Assembly: GCA_947259785.1 (NCBI GenBank)
Contig: CAMYNQ010000002.1
Coordinates: 1 to 63,912, forward strand
Length of the DNA stretch: 63,912 nucleotides
Reading direction: 5' to 3'
From: an uncultured Chromatiaceae bacterium
GTDB lineage: Bacteria; Pseudomonadota; Gammaproteobacteria; Tenderiales; Tenderiaceae
Positions 49,372 to 57,645 of this stretch are shown piece after piece. A model generated the notes under the pieces. The model saw only the letters and a program-made list of their open reading frames with translations. It was not told the origin of the DNA and did no database searches. Both the position numbers and the translations under genes were made by a program. Every line of letters begins with the position of its first letter. Within the stretch, counting starts at the first letter, position 1.

Positions 49372-51360
49372 ATGCCAATTACGAAACAACAATATCAGTA
49401 CCCGGCTTCTGAGTTGAATAATGTCTGTGTAGTGGTTGTTGGCACTGGGCCGGTTGGTATGCGCACCGTACAGGAGTTGTTTCGACTAAAACCAGATCAA
49501 AAAATTGTGATTTACGGAGATGAACCATGGGAGCCCTATAACCGCGTTCGTTTGACGCAGATGCTGGCAGGTCATTCTACCTGGGCTGATATCTTTCAAT
49601 CCTTAAAACTGCCTGAGCAGGCCAGCATAGAAAAGCGTTACAACTGTTCCGTGGTTGGCATTGATCCTGAGGCTAAAAAGGTGACTGATGCCGCAGGTGG
49701 CTCGCAAAATTATTCAAAATTAGTACTGGCTTTAGGTTCCAGGCCTCACATACCAAATATAACCGGTGTTGGTCTCGATGGTGTTTTTACGCTCCGTAAT
49801 ATGTCTGATGTTCAGGGGCTGTTGGCGCGGCGCGTCCGCAGCCGGAAGACGTTGGTCATTGGTGGTGGTCTGTTGGGCATAGAAGCCGCCAAGGCTTTGC
49901 AGCGCAGTCATGTTGAGGTCTCGATTATTGAGCACGGCAGTCGTTTAATGGAGCGGCAGCTAGATGATGCTGCCTCCGAATTCATTCGCGAATATGTACT
50001 GGAATTGGGTATTAAGGTCTATCTAGCTGATGGCGTACAACAGATATTGGGTGAGCGTCTGGTTCAGGGGGTGCGTTTGCGCAGTGGCCGTGAACTCGAT
50101 TTCGATACAATAGTCATTGCCAGCGGCATTATTCCCAACACCAAACTGGCACGTGAGTCTGGTATTGCCGTTGGCCGGGGCATTCGTGTTGATGACACAC
50201 TGCAAACCTCGGTACCTGATATCTATGCTGTTGGTGAGTGCACGGAACATCGAGGTCAAATATATGGACTGGTGGCCCCAGGACTTGAACAGGCCTCTGT
50301 TGCCGCCCACCACATTTTGGCTAAAAAGGCTGTTTACAAAGGCAGCATTGCGGCAGCCCACCTTAAAGTCGTTGGCAAAAGTGTGTTCAGCATTGGTTGT
50401 GTCAGTGATGTAGATATTGGCAATCTTGATGAGCAGATTTCATATCGTTCCACAGCGAATGATAGCTATAGAAAATTAGTCATTCGCCATAACAAGCTCG
50501 TGGGAGCTGTCGCGATTGGTGAATGGAATGAAGTTGGTCGTATTCAGGAGGCTGTTGTTTCAAACCGCCATGTTTGGCCTTGGCACAAATTACGCTTTAA
50601 ACGAACTGGGGAACTATGGCCAGCACAGGTCAGTGATGATATTCGTCGGTGGCCGGTTTCTGCCGCCGTTTGCAACTGCACTGGCGTGACTCGTGGTGCG
50701 TTGAGTGCGGCAGTGGCTGGTGGTTGTCAAACAGTGGCACAACTGGCTGAGTGTACGGGGGCTTCGACAGTGTGTGGCACATGTAAGCCTAAGTTGGCAC
50801 AACTGCTTGGCCAGCAGGTAGAGCCAGTTGAGCAGAAGGCTATGAGGCCACTAATGATCATGTCAATTGCGGCACTGCTTGTGGCTGGTTTGACTGCGCT
50901 AGTTGAGCCAATAACAAATGCAAAAACAGTGCAGGGTGGCTGGCATGTGAGTCAATTGTGGCATGACAGCTGGGCCAAGCAGGTAACCGGTTTTGGTCTG
51001 TTGGGTGTTACGGCTATTGCCTTGCTGATCTCGTTGAGAAAACGGTTATCTAAATTTGCGCTATTTGATTTTTCATATTGGCGTGTCCTGCACGCAGGGC
51101 TGGGGCTGGTTACGCTGTTGCTGTTATTGCTGCACACAGGCTTGCGTTTTGGTGACAACCTCAATTTTTATCTGATGTTCTGTTTTGTCGGTATTGTAAT
51201 TGTCGGGACGGTCGCTGGGGTTGTTACTGCGTATGAGGGGGGCAAGACCAGTCTGGTGATTGGCCGCTGGCGTCGTTGCTCTACTTGGGCACATATTTTT
51301 CTATTTTGGCCTTTGCCGGTGTTGCTTGGCTTTCACATTCTTAAGTCGTATTACTACTAG
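49372..51360 (+). CDS. NirB-like FAD/NAD(P)H oxidoreductase plus BFD [2Fe-2S], fused to a 5-TM putative di-haem-b domain
   Basis: GTGPVG, PYNRV.L, VIGGGLLGIEAA, IYAVGEC, LKVVG; CNC...CGTC; TM3 and TM5 each carry H-x13-H (codons 51091/51133 and 51292/51334); no sirohaem/4Fe-4S domain. Confidence 0.85.
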   Translation: MPITKQQYQYPASELNNVCVVVVGTGPVGMRTVQELFRLKPDQKIVIYGDEPWEPYNRVRLTQMLAGHSTWADIFQSLKLPEQASIEKRYNCSVVGIDPEAKKVTDAAGGSQNYSKLVLALGSRPHIPNITGVGLDGVFTLRNMSDVQGLLARRVRSRKTLVIGGGLLGIEAAKALQRSHVEVSIIEHGSRLMERQLDDAASEFIREYVLELGIKVYLADGVQQILGERLVQGVRLRSGRELDFDTIVIASGIIPNTKLARESGIAVGRGIRVDDTLQTSVPDIYAVGECTEHRGQIYGLVAPGLEQASVAAHHILAKKAVYKGSIAAAHLKVVGKSVFSIGCVSDVDIGNLDEQISYRSTANDSYRKLVIRHNKLVGAVAIGEWNEVGRIQEAVVSNRHVWPWHKLRFKRTGELWPAQVSDDIRRWPVSAAVCNCTGVTRGALSAAVAGGCQTVAQLAECTGASTVCGTCKPKLAQLLGQQVEPVEQKAMRPLMIMSIAALLVAGLTALVEPITNAKTVQGGWHVSQLWHDSWAKQVTGFGLLGVTAIALLISLRKRLSKFALFDFSYWRVLHAGLGLVTLLLLLLHTGLRFGDNLNFYLMFCFVGIVIVGTVAGVVTAYEGGKTSLVIGRWRRCSTWAHIFLFWPLPVLLGFHILKSYYY

Positions 51361-51368
51361 GTTGCACC

Positions 51369-52715
51369 ATGAAGCATGCAAATATGAAATGGTGGATCTT
51401 GTGGTTGTTCAGTAGTCTTAGCTTGGCTGGTTATTTTGCTTATGCACTGGTTATGGGCGAAGACAAAACGGTTTACCTACCCGGTGATAGTAGTCATGGG
51501 CATTATCAAATCGAAATGGCATGTAATAGTTGCCACGGCGAAGCCTTTGATGACCAGGAGGTCATGCAAACGGCCTGTGTCAATTGTCATGCTGATGAAC
51601 TTAAGAGGGTGGATGACTCACACCCAAAACGTAAATTTACCGACCCGCGCAACGCAGATCGCGTTGCTATTTTGGATGCACGCTATTGCATCACTTGTCA
51701 CAGTGAGCATGACCAGGAAATCACTGCTGACATGGGCGTGACCCTGGCAAGTGATTTCTGTGCTTTATGCCACGAAAATATTGCTACTGATCGTGTTAGC
51801 CATAAGCTTTTACCATTTGATGGTTGTGCTAGTGCCGGCTGCCACAATTATCACGATAACAAAGCGCTTTACGAAGACTTCCTTGTTAAACATGCCAACG
51901 AACCAGTTGTCATGGCTGAGCCAAAAGTCGCTGAACGTAATTATTCTGACTGGGTGGTAAAGGTAGAGGGCAGGAAACCAACATCGCTGACACGGAGTGA
52001 TGTCGATGCCCCTTCAGAGATAGAGCTTGATCCGTTGGAAATGAGTCGTTGGCAGGGATCTGCTCATGCTCGCGGCGGTATTAACTGTTCAGGTTGTCAT
52101 GTTGATGACAATAAGTGGCTAAGAAAACCTGGATTAGCCATTTGCCAAACCTGTCATAACTCGGAAACAGAGGGTTTTAAACAGGGAAAACATGGCATGC
52201 GCATTGCCGTTGGTCTCGATCCGCTGAGGCCAAAAGATGCGCGTCTGGCCATGAATAAAGATGTCCACAACAGTCAGTTAGCTTGTAATAGCTGTCATGA
52301 GGGCCATGCCTATTATATTAAAAAAGCCGCAGCTGAAGCTTGTCTTGCTTGTCATGATGATGGGCATAGCAAGGCATATCTAAGATCTAAACACAATATT
52401 CTTTGGCAGCAGGAGATCGAGGGTTTAATTGATCCAGGTCAGGGTGTCTCCTGTGCTACCTGCCACATGCCTCGCCAACGGGTCCGTAGTCAAGGTCATG
52501 AGCGGGTAATGGTTAGTCATAATCAAAACCTCAATCTGCGTCCCAATGAAAAGATGCTGCGTGGTGTTTGTATGAATTGTCATGGCTATGAATTTTCGGT
52601 CAATGCATTGGCCGATGTTGAATTAGTAAAAACAAATTTCAATGGTAAACCGAAAGTGATGATTGAAAGCGTCAAGATGGCGCTGAAACGCGAACGGACT
52701 GAGAAATCTGAGTAG
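51369..52715 (+). CDS. Membrane-anchored multihaem cytochrome c (10 CxxCH plus one CX4CH)
   Basis: CNSCH, CVNCH, CITCH, CALCH, CASAGCH, CSGCH, CQTCH, CNSCH, CLACH, CATCH, CMNCH; N-terminal hydrophobic helix. Confidence 0.92.
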   Translation: MKHANMKWWILWLFSSLSLAGYFAYALVMGEDKTVYLPGDSSHGHYQIEMACNSCHGEAFDDQEVMQTACVNCHADELKRVDDSHPKRKFTDPRNADRVAILDARYCITCHSEHDQEITADMGVTLASDFCALCHENIATDRVSHKLLPFDGCASAGCHNYHDNKALYEDFLVKHANEPVVMAEPKVAERNYSDWVVKVEGRKPTSLTRSDVDAPSEIELDPLEMSRWQGSAHARGGINCSGCHVDDNKWLRKPGLAICQTCHNSETEGFKQGKHGMRIAVGLDPLRPKDARLAMNKDVHNSQLACNSCHEGHAYYIKKAAAEACLACHDDGHSKAYLRSKHNILWQQEIEGLIDPGQGVSCATCHMPRQRVRSQGHERVMVSHNQNLNLRPNEKMLRGVCMNCHGYEFSVNALADVELVKTNFNGKPKVMIESVKMALKRERTEKSE

Positions 52716-52758
52716 TAAATCCAAATCGACGTTTAATTTAATCCACCATAGGAGAAGT

Positions 52759-53346
52759 ATGATGAAATATGTAAATAAGGCGATAGCCGTCGTGACTCTG
52801 GCAAGTTCAACGCTTTTACTGAGCGCTTGTGGTGACGAGCCGTCAACCGCAGCGCCTGTTGGTGTGTCGCCGCAAAAGATGTCTGATGCGCTGCATGCGG
52901 TAATGGAAGCCGATCGCGCCATCTATACCAAAAAGGTCATTGCCAGATTAGTGAAGCAAGAAAAACTGATTAAGGCCAGCGAACACTGGGAAGATGAAAA
53001 GGCTTTGCCACTGCCGGCGCAAATGTTCCGCATGGGCTCTGAACGTGTGGCTGAAAATACTTCTGACTTCAGTTACTCGTTGATATCAGCCTGGCCAATC
53101 AATAAGCAGAATGAACCCAAGACCGACGCTGAGAAAGAGGGCTTGAAGTATATCGAGGATAATCCGGGTAAAAATTTTTATAAGACTGAAAGTTTAGGTG
53201 GGCAGGCCTATTTCACTGCGATTTACCCTGATGTGGCGGTCGCTGCGCCCTGTGCCGATTGCCATAACGATCACAAAGATTCACCTAAGACTGATTTCAA
53301 AATTGGTGACACCATGGGCGGTGTAGTGATTCGCATACCTTTATAA
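52759..53346 (+). CDS. DUF3365 (Tll0287-like) monohaem c lipoprotein
   Basis: Lipobox LSAC; LPLPAQM, Y.LIS.WPIN..N.P, CADCH, F..GD..GGVVI. Confidence 0.82.
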   Translation: MMKYVNKAIAVVTLASSTLLLSACGDEPSTAAPVGVSPQKMSDALHAVMEADRAIYTKKVIARLVKQEKLIKASEHWEDEKALPLPAQMFRMGSERVAENTSDFSYSLISAWPINKQNEPKTDAEKEGLKYIEDNPGKNFYKTESLGGQAYFTAIYPDVAVAAPCADCHNDHKDSPKTDFKIGDTMGGVVIRIPL

Positions 53347-53368
53347 ATCTAAACTGGGCGTTATAAAC

Positions 53369-53403
53369 ATCCCTAGGCTGAGTAAATCTGTCTAGGGATT
53401 TTT
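53369..53403 (+). terminator. Terminator closing the three-gene redox operon
   Basis: ATCCCTAGGC...GTCTAGGGAT followed by Ts. Confidence 0.75.
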
Positions 53404-53425
53404 GTGTGCACAGATGATGGATATA

Positions 53426-53541
53426 CGCGTTAATTTGGTGCGACAGCAGAATTTAATTATTTGTAAATAGATGTTGTTGTATATATCTTGTTGTTTAGTA
53501 AAAGAAAATTAAAAAAATTTTACAGTGGAATGGTTTTTGCG
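53426..53541 (+). promoter_or_regulatory. sigma54 promoter and NtrC-like site for nasT
   Basis: TGGAATGGTTTTTGCG at 53526-53541; CGCGTT-N5-GGTGCG at 53426-53442. Confidence 0.65.
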
Positions 53542-53593
53542 ATGGGTTTATATAGGTAACTAGATAAAGTAAAAGTGGAATAGCAGGTTTACT

Positions 53594-54172
53594 ATGAATA
53601 TAAGACTGATGCTGGTCTATCAATCCAGACAACGACAGCAGCTTTTGCAACAGGCTGCAGACGAAAGTGGCTATCAGGTGGCAGTATGTGTTGCGCTGGA
53701 TGCTGATCTTCAACAAACGCTGCAGGCAGCTCAGGCAGATGTCATCATCTTTGATATTGATCAACCTGATCAACAATTGTTGGCCCGCACGCATAACCTG
53801 AATCAGCTGCATGCCATACCGATTATCATGTTTGCTGAACGGGGCGACCAAAAAACAATCATAGAGGCGGTTAATGCCGGGGTCACTTCTTATGTGGTTG
53901 ATGGCCTGCAGCCTAAGCGTCTGCGGCCGATTGTAGAAGCAGCCATGGCCCGTTTTAAGGCCTTTCAATCGTTACGCCAAGAGTTGCAGGAGACCAAGAG
54001 CAAACTGGAAGACCGTAAACATATCGACAAGGCCAAGGGCATCCTGATCCAGCAAAAAAACATCAGTGAGGATCAGGCTTATCAGGCGCTACGTAAACTG
54101 GCCATGGATAGGAACATCAAGCTTGGTGACGCGGCCTGTAATGTCATTGCCATGGCTGATATTTTTAAATGA
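53594..54172 (+). CDS. nasT: ANTAR-domain pseudo-receiver antiterminator (NasT-like)
   Basis: REC-like fold lacking the acidic pocket and Lys (LVYQS; SYVVDG), coiled coil, ANTAR RK.IDKAKG.L...E..AY..LR..AM. Confidence 0.85.
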   Translation: MNIRLMLVYQSRQRQQLLQQAADESGYQVAVCVALDADLQQTLQAAQADVIIFDIDQPDQQLLARTHNLNQLHAIPIIMFAERGDQKTIIEAVNAGVTSYVVDGLQPKRLRPIVEAAMARFKAFQSLRQELQETKSKLEDRKHIDKAKGILIQQKNISEDQAYQALRKLAMDRNIKLGDAACNVIAMADIFK

Positions 54173-54205
54173 TCGCCCTGTGTGCAATATGTTTTTGCGA
54201 CAAAG

Positions 54206-54343
54206 TGCACGGCAATAGTGCAGTAAGTTTTTAATGTTGCACTTTGATGGCGCTCTCATTTCTTCGTAAACAAAAAAATTTCTATCGAGGCGATTAATAT
54301 TAACTAAAAACAACTAGATAGAAAAAGTGGTACGGGCTTTGCT
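54206..54343 (+). promoter_or_regulatory. sigma54 promoter with tandem NtrC-like sites for the porin gene
   Basis: TGCACG-N5-AGTGCA (54206) and TGCACT-N5-GGCGCT (54238), 32 bp apart; TGGTACGGGCTTTGCT at 54328-54343. Confidence 0.8.
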
Positions 54344-54363
54344 ATCTAACTGATTATGAACTT

Positions 54364-54463
54364 GCTGGCTAATGGTGGCTAGCGGGGAATTAAAAAATAC
54401 TTTGGACAACGACGTCCACTCGTTTGGCAGCTCCCTAACTGCCAGCGTGTGGGCGTTTTTTTT
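54364..54463 (+). ncRNA. ANTAR-target leader RNA (two hexaloop hairpins plus overlapping terminator)
   Basis: GCTGGCT-AATGGT-GGCTAGC; GGAC-AACGAC-GTCC whose 3' side pairs with GTGGGCGT-T-run terminator; loops have A1/G4. Confidence 0.85.
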
Positions 54464-54488
54464 GTTGTAATTTTGAGGAAGGACTTAG

Positions 54489-55718
54489 ATGAAAACAGTA
54501 ATGGGCTTTAAGAAAAAAATCACTCCTGCACTATTAGTGGCATCAGCTTTGGCGGGCAGCAATGTTTCGACAGCAAGTGCCGCAACACTGGCTGAAGCCA
54601 TATCGGACGGTAAGGCAGGGCTGGATTTGCGCTACCGTTTTGAAACGGTTGATCAAGACGGTGCTAGCAATGATGCAACAGCTTCAACGCTGAAAACTCG
54701 TCTTAACTATGCCACTGGTGATTACAACGATTTCAGTGCCTTTATCGAATTTGATGACGTCATGGCCCTGGGTGATGTTGAATATAATGATGCAACCGGG
54801 TCTGCGACGGCCCAAACCAGCTATCCAGTAGTGGCTGACCCAGAAGGTACCGAAGTAAATCAGGCCAAAATCAGTTACAAGGGCGTTGATGACACAACCA
54901 TGACCTTGGGACGTCAGCGGGTAATTTTTGATAATGCCCGTTTTATTGGCAACGTTGGCTGGCGTCAAAATGAGCAGACCTATGATGCCTTCACGATAGC
55001 CAATACTTCACTGGCAGATACCAGCATCGTTTATGGTTATGTCACTAACGTCAATCGCATCTTTGGTGAAGCCTCGACAAAGGGTGATATTGATACAGAA
55101 ACTCACCTTGTGAATATCGCCTACAGCGGTCTTGAAGCCGGCAAGCTGACTGGTTATGGTTATTTTTTAGATCTACTTGATTCACCCGCGGCATCGAATT
55201 CAACGCTTGGCCTTCGTTTTGCCGGTGGTACAAAAGTAAGCGAGGCCGCTAAGGTGCTCTACACCCTAGAGTTCGCTAACCAGTCTGATTACTCGGATGG
55301 TGCCTCAACGATTGATGCCGATTACAGTTTGATCGAGGTAGGTGGAAAGGCCGGTGGTGTAACCGCCAAGCTGGGTGTTGAAACTCTGAGTGGCGACGGA
55401 ACCTATGCTTTTAGTACACCACTGGCCACGGCGCATGCCTTTAATGGCTGGGCTGATAAATTTTTAGGCACACCGGCCAATGGTCTGGTTGATGCCTATG
55501 TCAGTGTTGGCGGCAAGGTTTCGGGTGTGAAGCTGGTGGCTGTGTATCATGATTTTACTTCCGATACTGGCAGCACCGACTACGGCACAGAGTTTGATTT
55601 GTTGGCGGCCAAGAAGATTGGCAACTATACCGTGTTAGCTAAATACGCCAGTTACTCAGCTGATAGCTTTGCCACTGACACAGACAAGCTATGGTTGATG
55701 GGTCAGGCTAAATTCTAA
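54489..55718 (+). CDS. Alginate-export-family outer-membrane porin (nitrate-cluster associated)
   Basis: Signal peptide, LRYRFE.V, GRQR...DN.RFIGNVGWRQNEQT.D, F.TPLAT.HAFNGWAD.F, C-terminal Phe. Confidence 0.82.
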   Translation: MKTVMGFKKKITPALLVASALAGSNVSTASAATLAEAISDGKAGLDLRYRFETVDQDGASNDATASTLKTRLNYATGDYNDFSAFIEFDDVMALGDVEYNDATGSATAQTSYPVVADPEGTEVNQAKISYKGVDDTTMTLGRQRVIFDNARFIGNVGWRQNEQTYDAFTIANTSLADTSIVYGYVTNVNRIFGEASTKGDIDTETHLVNIAYSGLEAGKLTGYGYFLDLLDSPAASNSTLGLRFAGGTKVSEAAKVLYTLEFANQSDYSDGASTIDADYSLIEVGGKAGGVTAKLGVETLSGDGTYAFSTPLATAHAFNGWADKFLGTPANGLVDAYVSVGGKVSGVKLVAVYHDFTSDTGSTDYGTEFDLLAAKKIGNYTVLAKYASYSADSFATDTDKLWLMGQAKF

Positions 55719-55740
55719 GCCGTTAGCACCAATCAACCTG

Positions 55741-55823
55741 GGCCGGTATGGATGCCTCATGTTATGCGCATGCTTAAAGCAAATGCTGCGCATGATTATG
55801 AGGCAATCCCTACCGGCCTTTTT
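55741..55823 (+). terminator. Long imperfect hairpin terminator
   Basis: GGCCGGTA.GGAT-GCCTCAT...ATGAGGC-AATCC.TACCGGCC followed by Ts. Confidence 0.7.
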
Positions 55824-55828
55824 CTTTC

Positions 55829-55947
55829 TGCTCAAATATAGTGCTAAGCATTTCCCTTAAAGCAGGGCCCTAGCTGGTTCATAATTATAAAGTTCTTTTT
55901 AAATAACAAGTTAGTGATGTTTTGTTGTTATTGGCATAGTGGTTGCA
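55829..55947 (+). promoter_or_regulatory. sigma54 promoter and NtrC-like site for nrtABC
   Basis: TGGCATAGTGGTTGCA at 55932-55947; TGCTCA-N5-AGTGCT at 55829-55845. Confidence 0.8.
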
Positions 55948-55965
55948 TTAGTTTATTCAAGACAA

Positions 55966-56127
55966 GGCCCAACGTAGGGTTAGCTAAACAAAACAACGGT
56001 TAGGCTCCAACGGCGGACACTAAACCGGAAAATAAAAAACAGTCGCGGCCAGAGTAGGGCCTGAACAGGACAACGACGTCCATCGGCAACACGCTATCAG
56101 TGTGTCTGCGGGTGGGCGTTTTTTTTT
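55966..56127 (+). ncRNA. ANTAR-target leader RNA with 3-4 hexaloop hairpins plus terminator
   Basis: CCC-AACGTA-GGG (55968), TCC-AACGGC-GGA (56006), CC-AGAGTA-GG (56049, weak), GGAC-AACGAC-GTCC (56068), then GTGGGCG-T9. Confidence 0.85.
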
Positions 56128-56155
56128 GATTTGTAAACGTAAACGGAGTGGAACA

Positions 56156-57574
56156 ATGAAGTTGGAAACACAAACACAGATGAACCTGACTTGCCGGGGT
56201 TTTATGAAAAAGGCATCGGCTGCCGTGCTGTCAGCAATGATGGTGATGGGCGGTTCTGTTATTTTGCCAGGCAGTGCAGCCTATGCGATTGATGATCTGG
56301 AAAAGGAGGATCTGAAAATTGGTTTTATCAAACTGACAGACATGGCGCCCTTGGCGATTGCCTATGAAAAGGGTTTCTTCGAAGATGAAGGTCTGTACGT
56401 CACTCTGGAAGCGCAGGCCAACTGGAAGGTGTTGCTTGACCGTGTTATCGATGGCGAGCTTGACGGTGCCCACATGCTGGCCGGTCAACCGTTGGGTGCA
56501 ACCATTGGTTTTGGTACCCAGGATCACATCATCACTGCCTTCTCCATGGACCTGAATGGTAATGCCATCACTGTTTCCAACAAGGTCTGGGGCGAGATGA
56601 AAAAACACATTCCGCATGAAGGCGGCAAACCCGTTCACCCCATCAAGGCTGATGCACTGAAACCTGTGATTGAGCAATACAAAGACGCAGGCAAGCCTTT
56701 CAAGATGGGCATGGTGTTCCCAGTCTCTACCCATAACTATGAGCTTCGTTACTGGTTGGCTGCGGGTGGTATCCACCCAGGTTATTACGCACCACACAAG
56801 GGCGATACCTCAGGCACCATCGATGCAGAAGCGTTGTTGTCTGTAACGCCACCACCACAAATGCCATCGACTATGGAGGCCGGCACGATTGATGGATACT
56901 GCGTCGGTGAACCCTGGAACCAGCAGGCTGTATTTAAGGGCATAGGTGTGCCGGTGGTGACCGATTATGAGATCTGGAAAGACAACCCTGAAAAAGTATT
57001 TGGTGTCAGCAAGAAGTGGGCAGATAAAAACCCCAACACGCATATTGCTGTCGTCAAGGCCATGATCCGTGCTGCCAAATGGTTGGATGACAATAACAAC
57101 GCCAATCGTCCTGAGGCGGTTAAAATTCTGTCACAGCCAAACTATGTGGGTGCTGACTACGACGTAATCGCCAACTCCATGACCGGTACTTTTGAGTATG
57201 AGAAGGGTGACAAGCGTGCGGTGCCAGACTTCAATGTCTTCTTTCGTTATAACGCCACCTATCCCTATTACTCAGATGCAATCTGGTACCTGACGCAGAT
57301 GCGTCGTTGGGGTCAGGTGGCGGATGAGAAGCCGGATAGCTGGTTCATGGATATCGCCAAGAAAGTTTATCGTCCAGACATTTATACAATCGCTGCGAAA
57401 GAACTGATTGCCGAAGGCAAGATTGCTGCAAGCGAGTTTCCGGACTTTGCCAAGGAAGATGGTTTTCGTGCGCCACAAACGCACTTCATCGATGGCATTA
57501 CCTATGACGGTAAAAAACCGAATGACTATCTGAAGAAATTCAATATTGGCCTGAAGGGTAGTGAAAAGATCTAA
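56156..57574 (+). CDS. nrtA: CmpA/NrtA-family nitrate/nitrite ABC substrate-binding protein
   Basis: [54 protein letters not shown]. Confidence 0.9.
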   Translation: MKLETQTQMNLTCRGFMKKASAAVLSAMMVMGGSVILPGSAAYAIDDLEKEDLKIGFIKLTDMAPLAIAYEKGFFEDEGLYVTLEAQANWKVLLDRVIDGELDGAHMLAGQPLGATIGFGTQDHIITAFSMDLNGNAITVSNKVWGEMKKHIPHEGGKPVHPIKADALKPVIEQYKDAGKPFKMGMVFPVSTHNYELRYWLAAGGIHPGYYAPHKGDTSGTIDAEALLSVTPPPQMPSTMEAGTIDGYCVGEPWNQQAVFKGIGVPVVTDYEIWKDNPEKVFGVSKKWADKNPNTHIAVVKAMIRAAKWLDDNNNANRPEAVKILSQPNYVGADYDVIANSMTGTFEYEKGDKRAVPDFNVFFRYNATYPYYSDAIWYLTQMRRWGQVADEKPDSWFMDIAKKVYRPDIYTIAAKELIAEGKIAASEFPDFAKEDGFRAPQTHFIDGITYDGKKPNDYLKKFNIGLKGSEKI

Positions 57575-57645
57575 AGCAAGTTCTCCCCCTCCCGTTAGGA
57601 GGGGGAATTAAAGCCTAACCCCAACACTTGAAGCAGGGTGAAGTA

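Noticed and set aside
49372-51360. Calling this gene nirB (assimilatory nitrite reductase)
   Set aside because: It lacks the second BFD and the sirohaem/[4Fe-4S] catalytic domains, has a TM domain instead, and no nirD is adjacent
51369-52715. Calling the multihaem nrfA or hao
   Set aside because: No CxxCK motif and no motif at the inferred catalytic-haem position; haem count differs
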